Under the pieces are notes generated by a model. It did not search any database. It worked only from the letters and a program-made list of their open reading frames with translations, and had not been told where the DNA came from. From positions 9,969,677-10,033,676 of the forward strand of contig CM082592.2 of the NCBI GenBank assembly GCA_040954595.2: a DNA stretch of 64,000 nt, given 5' to 3'. Every line of letters starts with the position of its first letter. Within the stretch, counting starts at the first letter, position 1. Position numbers and translations under genes: made by a program. This stretch comes from Balanoglossus misakiensis. Its lineage: Eukaryota > Animalia > Hemichordata. Below, piece after piece: positions 54,340-64,000 of this stretch.

Positions 54340-54345
54340 TTTATT
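54340..54345 (-). terminator. Probable PI4KA polyadenylation signal (3' UTR ~2.1 kb)
   Basis: AATAAA on the minus strand at the end of a long AT-rich ORF-free stretch after the PI4KA stop. Confidence 0.45.
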
Positions 54346-56476
54346 CCATTAAAGATTTATACACTAGATGAAAATGTCATATTTTATACATACATGTCAA
54401 ACCAATATCATATACACTGTTCTCCTCTTTGCTTATATCTTCTCAGATCTACAAAACCATAGCCTGATTTTTTGTACAAACCACTCAGCAATTCAAATTA
54501 ACTATTTCACAAACAAAACATTCCTCATATTAAGTAACTGTAAATCCATACTTCATTATATTTAGTCAGATGTACCTTTACCAGCCAATCAATGTTGATT
54601 ACCTCACATATACCAGAATTTGAACTGTATTTGAAAGGACTAGACTTTGTCACCTTTTTTACCTGACTTGGGTGCGAGCTGACAATTTCCAGGCAATTGT
54701 TTCAAACATGACGGAAATCATGTGGTTTTAAAACTCTGCATAATACGCTGTACTTGTATGTGAATGTTGTGGTAAAAATGAGAAACTTTGTAATTTTACT
54801 GTTGAATACCCTGAAGCACCAAAAGTATTGCATGGTAGTGTAGTAACACAAGCATAGACTGAAACTGAAATCACAAAAATGATACGAAAAGATACAGCTC
54901 CTATCCTGTAGCTGCCAAGTCTGGGTTCAGTGTTCAAATCATGGACTATGCGACACCAAATGATCAACTTCATGCTTAATCAAAAACTATAATCTACTGA
55001 CTATAAATAACCTATCATTTCTCTGACAATGCTTATTATTCAATAATTTCATTTTTGGCAATAAGTATTGATCACGCAACAAAAATGATGAGAATACAAT
55101 AATCAAAATGTTAATGAACATTATTGCTTTCAAGACACCAACTACAACCGCACAAAAATCCCAGTGAGAATCATCCAAAATCGTCACATTAGAAAAAATT
55201 TGTCCTGATTCATCTCGATGCTGCCTTAACACCTTCAGGAAATTCTCTGAAATGAATCTACTAAACAAAATGGAAAAAAAATGTTAGTTTTTATCACACA
55301 AAGTTCGAAAAGACTGAATAAAAATGCATTGTAAAATGTCCTAGCATTCCAGATAACATCGTTGTCTTGTCATAATTAGGCCTGTACAAACTTTTGACAC
55401 AAGTTGAAGAAATGCATGTAAATAAGAAAGAATCGTAAATTATCCCTAGATATCAACATTATAGAAAAACAACCGCTGAAAACAAACACATATTGCACAA
55501 CATTATCATAGTTATCTTGAAATGCTTCAATAAGATGTTGCAACATTTTCCTCACAAATACAATTCTAGAAACAAGTACTTCATTTTGGAAAAGAATAAT
55601 GAAACTACTGTACATTTTAATTACATAAAGAATGGAAATTACTATGAACAATTCGGATAATAATTTATACATGCAGTTGGAACTACATTACCTTATATTT
55701 TAGTGAATTTATGGATCACATGTGAATGACAAACCAATAGTTAGGAAGCTATTTCTGTTACATAGTAGTAACACCTGACTTGCAAGTTTTTTATACAAAT
55801 TCTATATTATAAAACTAAATACACCTATGGTACTGTAATGTCGTAACTCCATAGGGTATTACTGCATTGTTCTGTGGAAGTTCATTTTCTACAAACAAAG
55901 TGTTTCGAGAAATTTTGGCAGCTGCAGTAGAAAACGTTAGTCTACAAAAATATGTGCTGTGGAGGTTTCTATGGTGACTGGAGAACTGTGCATGATCAAT
56001 CTCTACCAGGTCAAAATGAATTTTGTAGGAAGTTTGAATCTAAAATGTAAGTTAATTTACTCAAAGCCAACATGCATAATACCATAATACAGTAATGCAA
56101 TACCATTGCATTGTGTCACAGACTGTCTATGGATCACCCATTGTAGCACCTTTTGAAAGACAAATCTGCCAGCTGGCCTTTATCTCTGGAGTTTCAAATA
56201 CTGGTGTGATTTTCTCAAAGGATCTCTCCATTAAATGACTACATCAGAAAGGGTGTGAGGAAAGACAGTGATACTGTATATGTTCATGTTCCCCTAACTT
56301 GCAATCCACCACACCATTGGAACATTTGAGCAACGGAATGCGTTTGCAAGTGGAACAAAGTCAATTGTGCACTACACTGATTCATCTGGCCATCTTCTCA
56401 TCACTGTTTACTACAAAAGAAAGTTAGTCTGTCTGTCGGAAAAATATGGTCACGTCACTTGGTGAGGGATTCTCGA

Positions 56477-64000
<7,524 letters not shown>

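Overview
AT-rich, intron-rich animal genomic DNA, not prokaryotic. Protein similarity and repeat types suggest an invertebrate deuterostome such as a hemichordate (inference). I reconstructed five protein-coding genes by hand from GT-AG exons with consistent reading frame: neuferricin/CYB5D2 (-, 654-2048); MED15 (+, 2548-37030, 18 exons), head-to-head with CYB5D2; a secreted TP53I13/DUF3105-like gene (-, 40343-44890); a refilin (FAM101/RFLN)-like gene (-, 50981-53925); and the 3' part of PI4KA (-, 56477 to window end). A Kolobok/T2-type MITE and small TTAA-flanked repeats lie in MED15 introns. Most unusual observations: (1) an inverted, blockwise-conserved copy of the CYB5D2/MED15 bidirectional promoter plus MED15 exon 1 and its splice donor sits just past the MED15 3' end, pointing antisense into MED15; (2) a candidate intronic first exon would give an in-frame KIX-less MED15; (3) tandemly duplicated symmetric SP-rich MED15 microexons plus a candidate truncating exon; (4) a probably non-vertebrate refilin lacking the DSG degron; (5) MED15-PI4KA linkage as in human 22q11. 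Protein identities come from recalled sequence motifs, not database searches.
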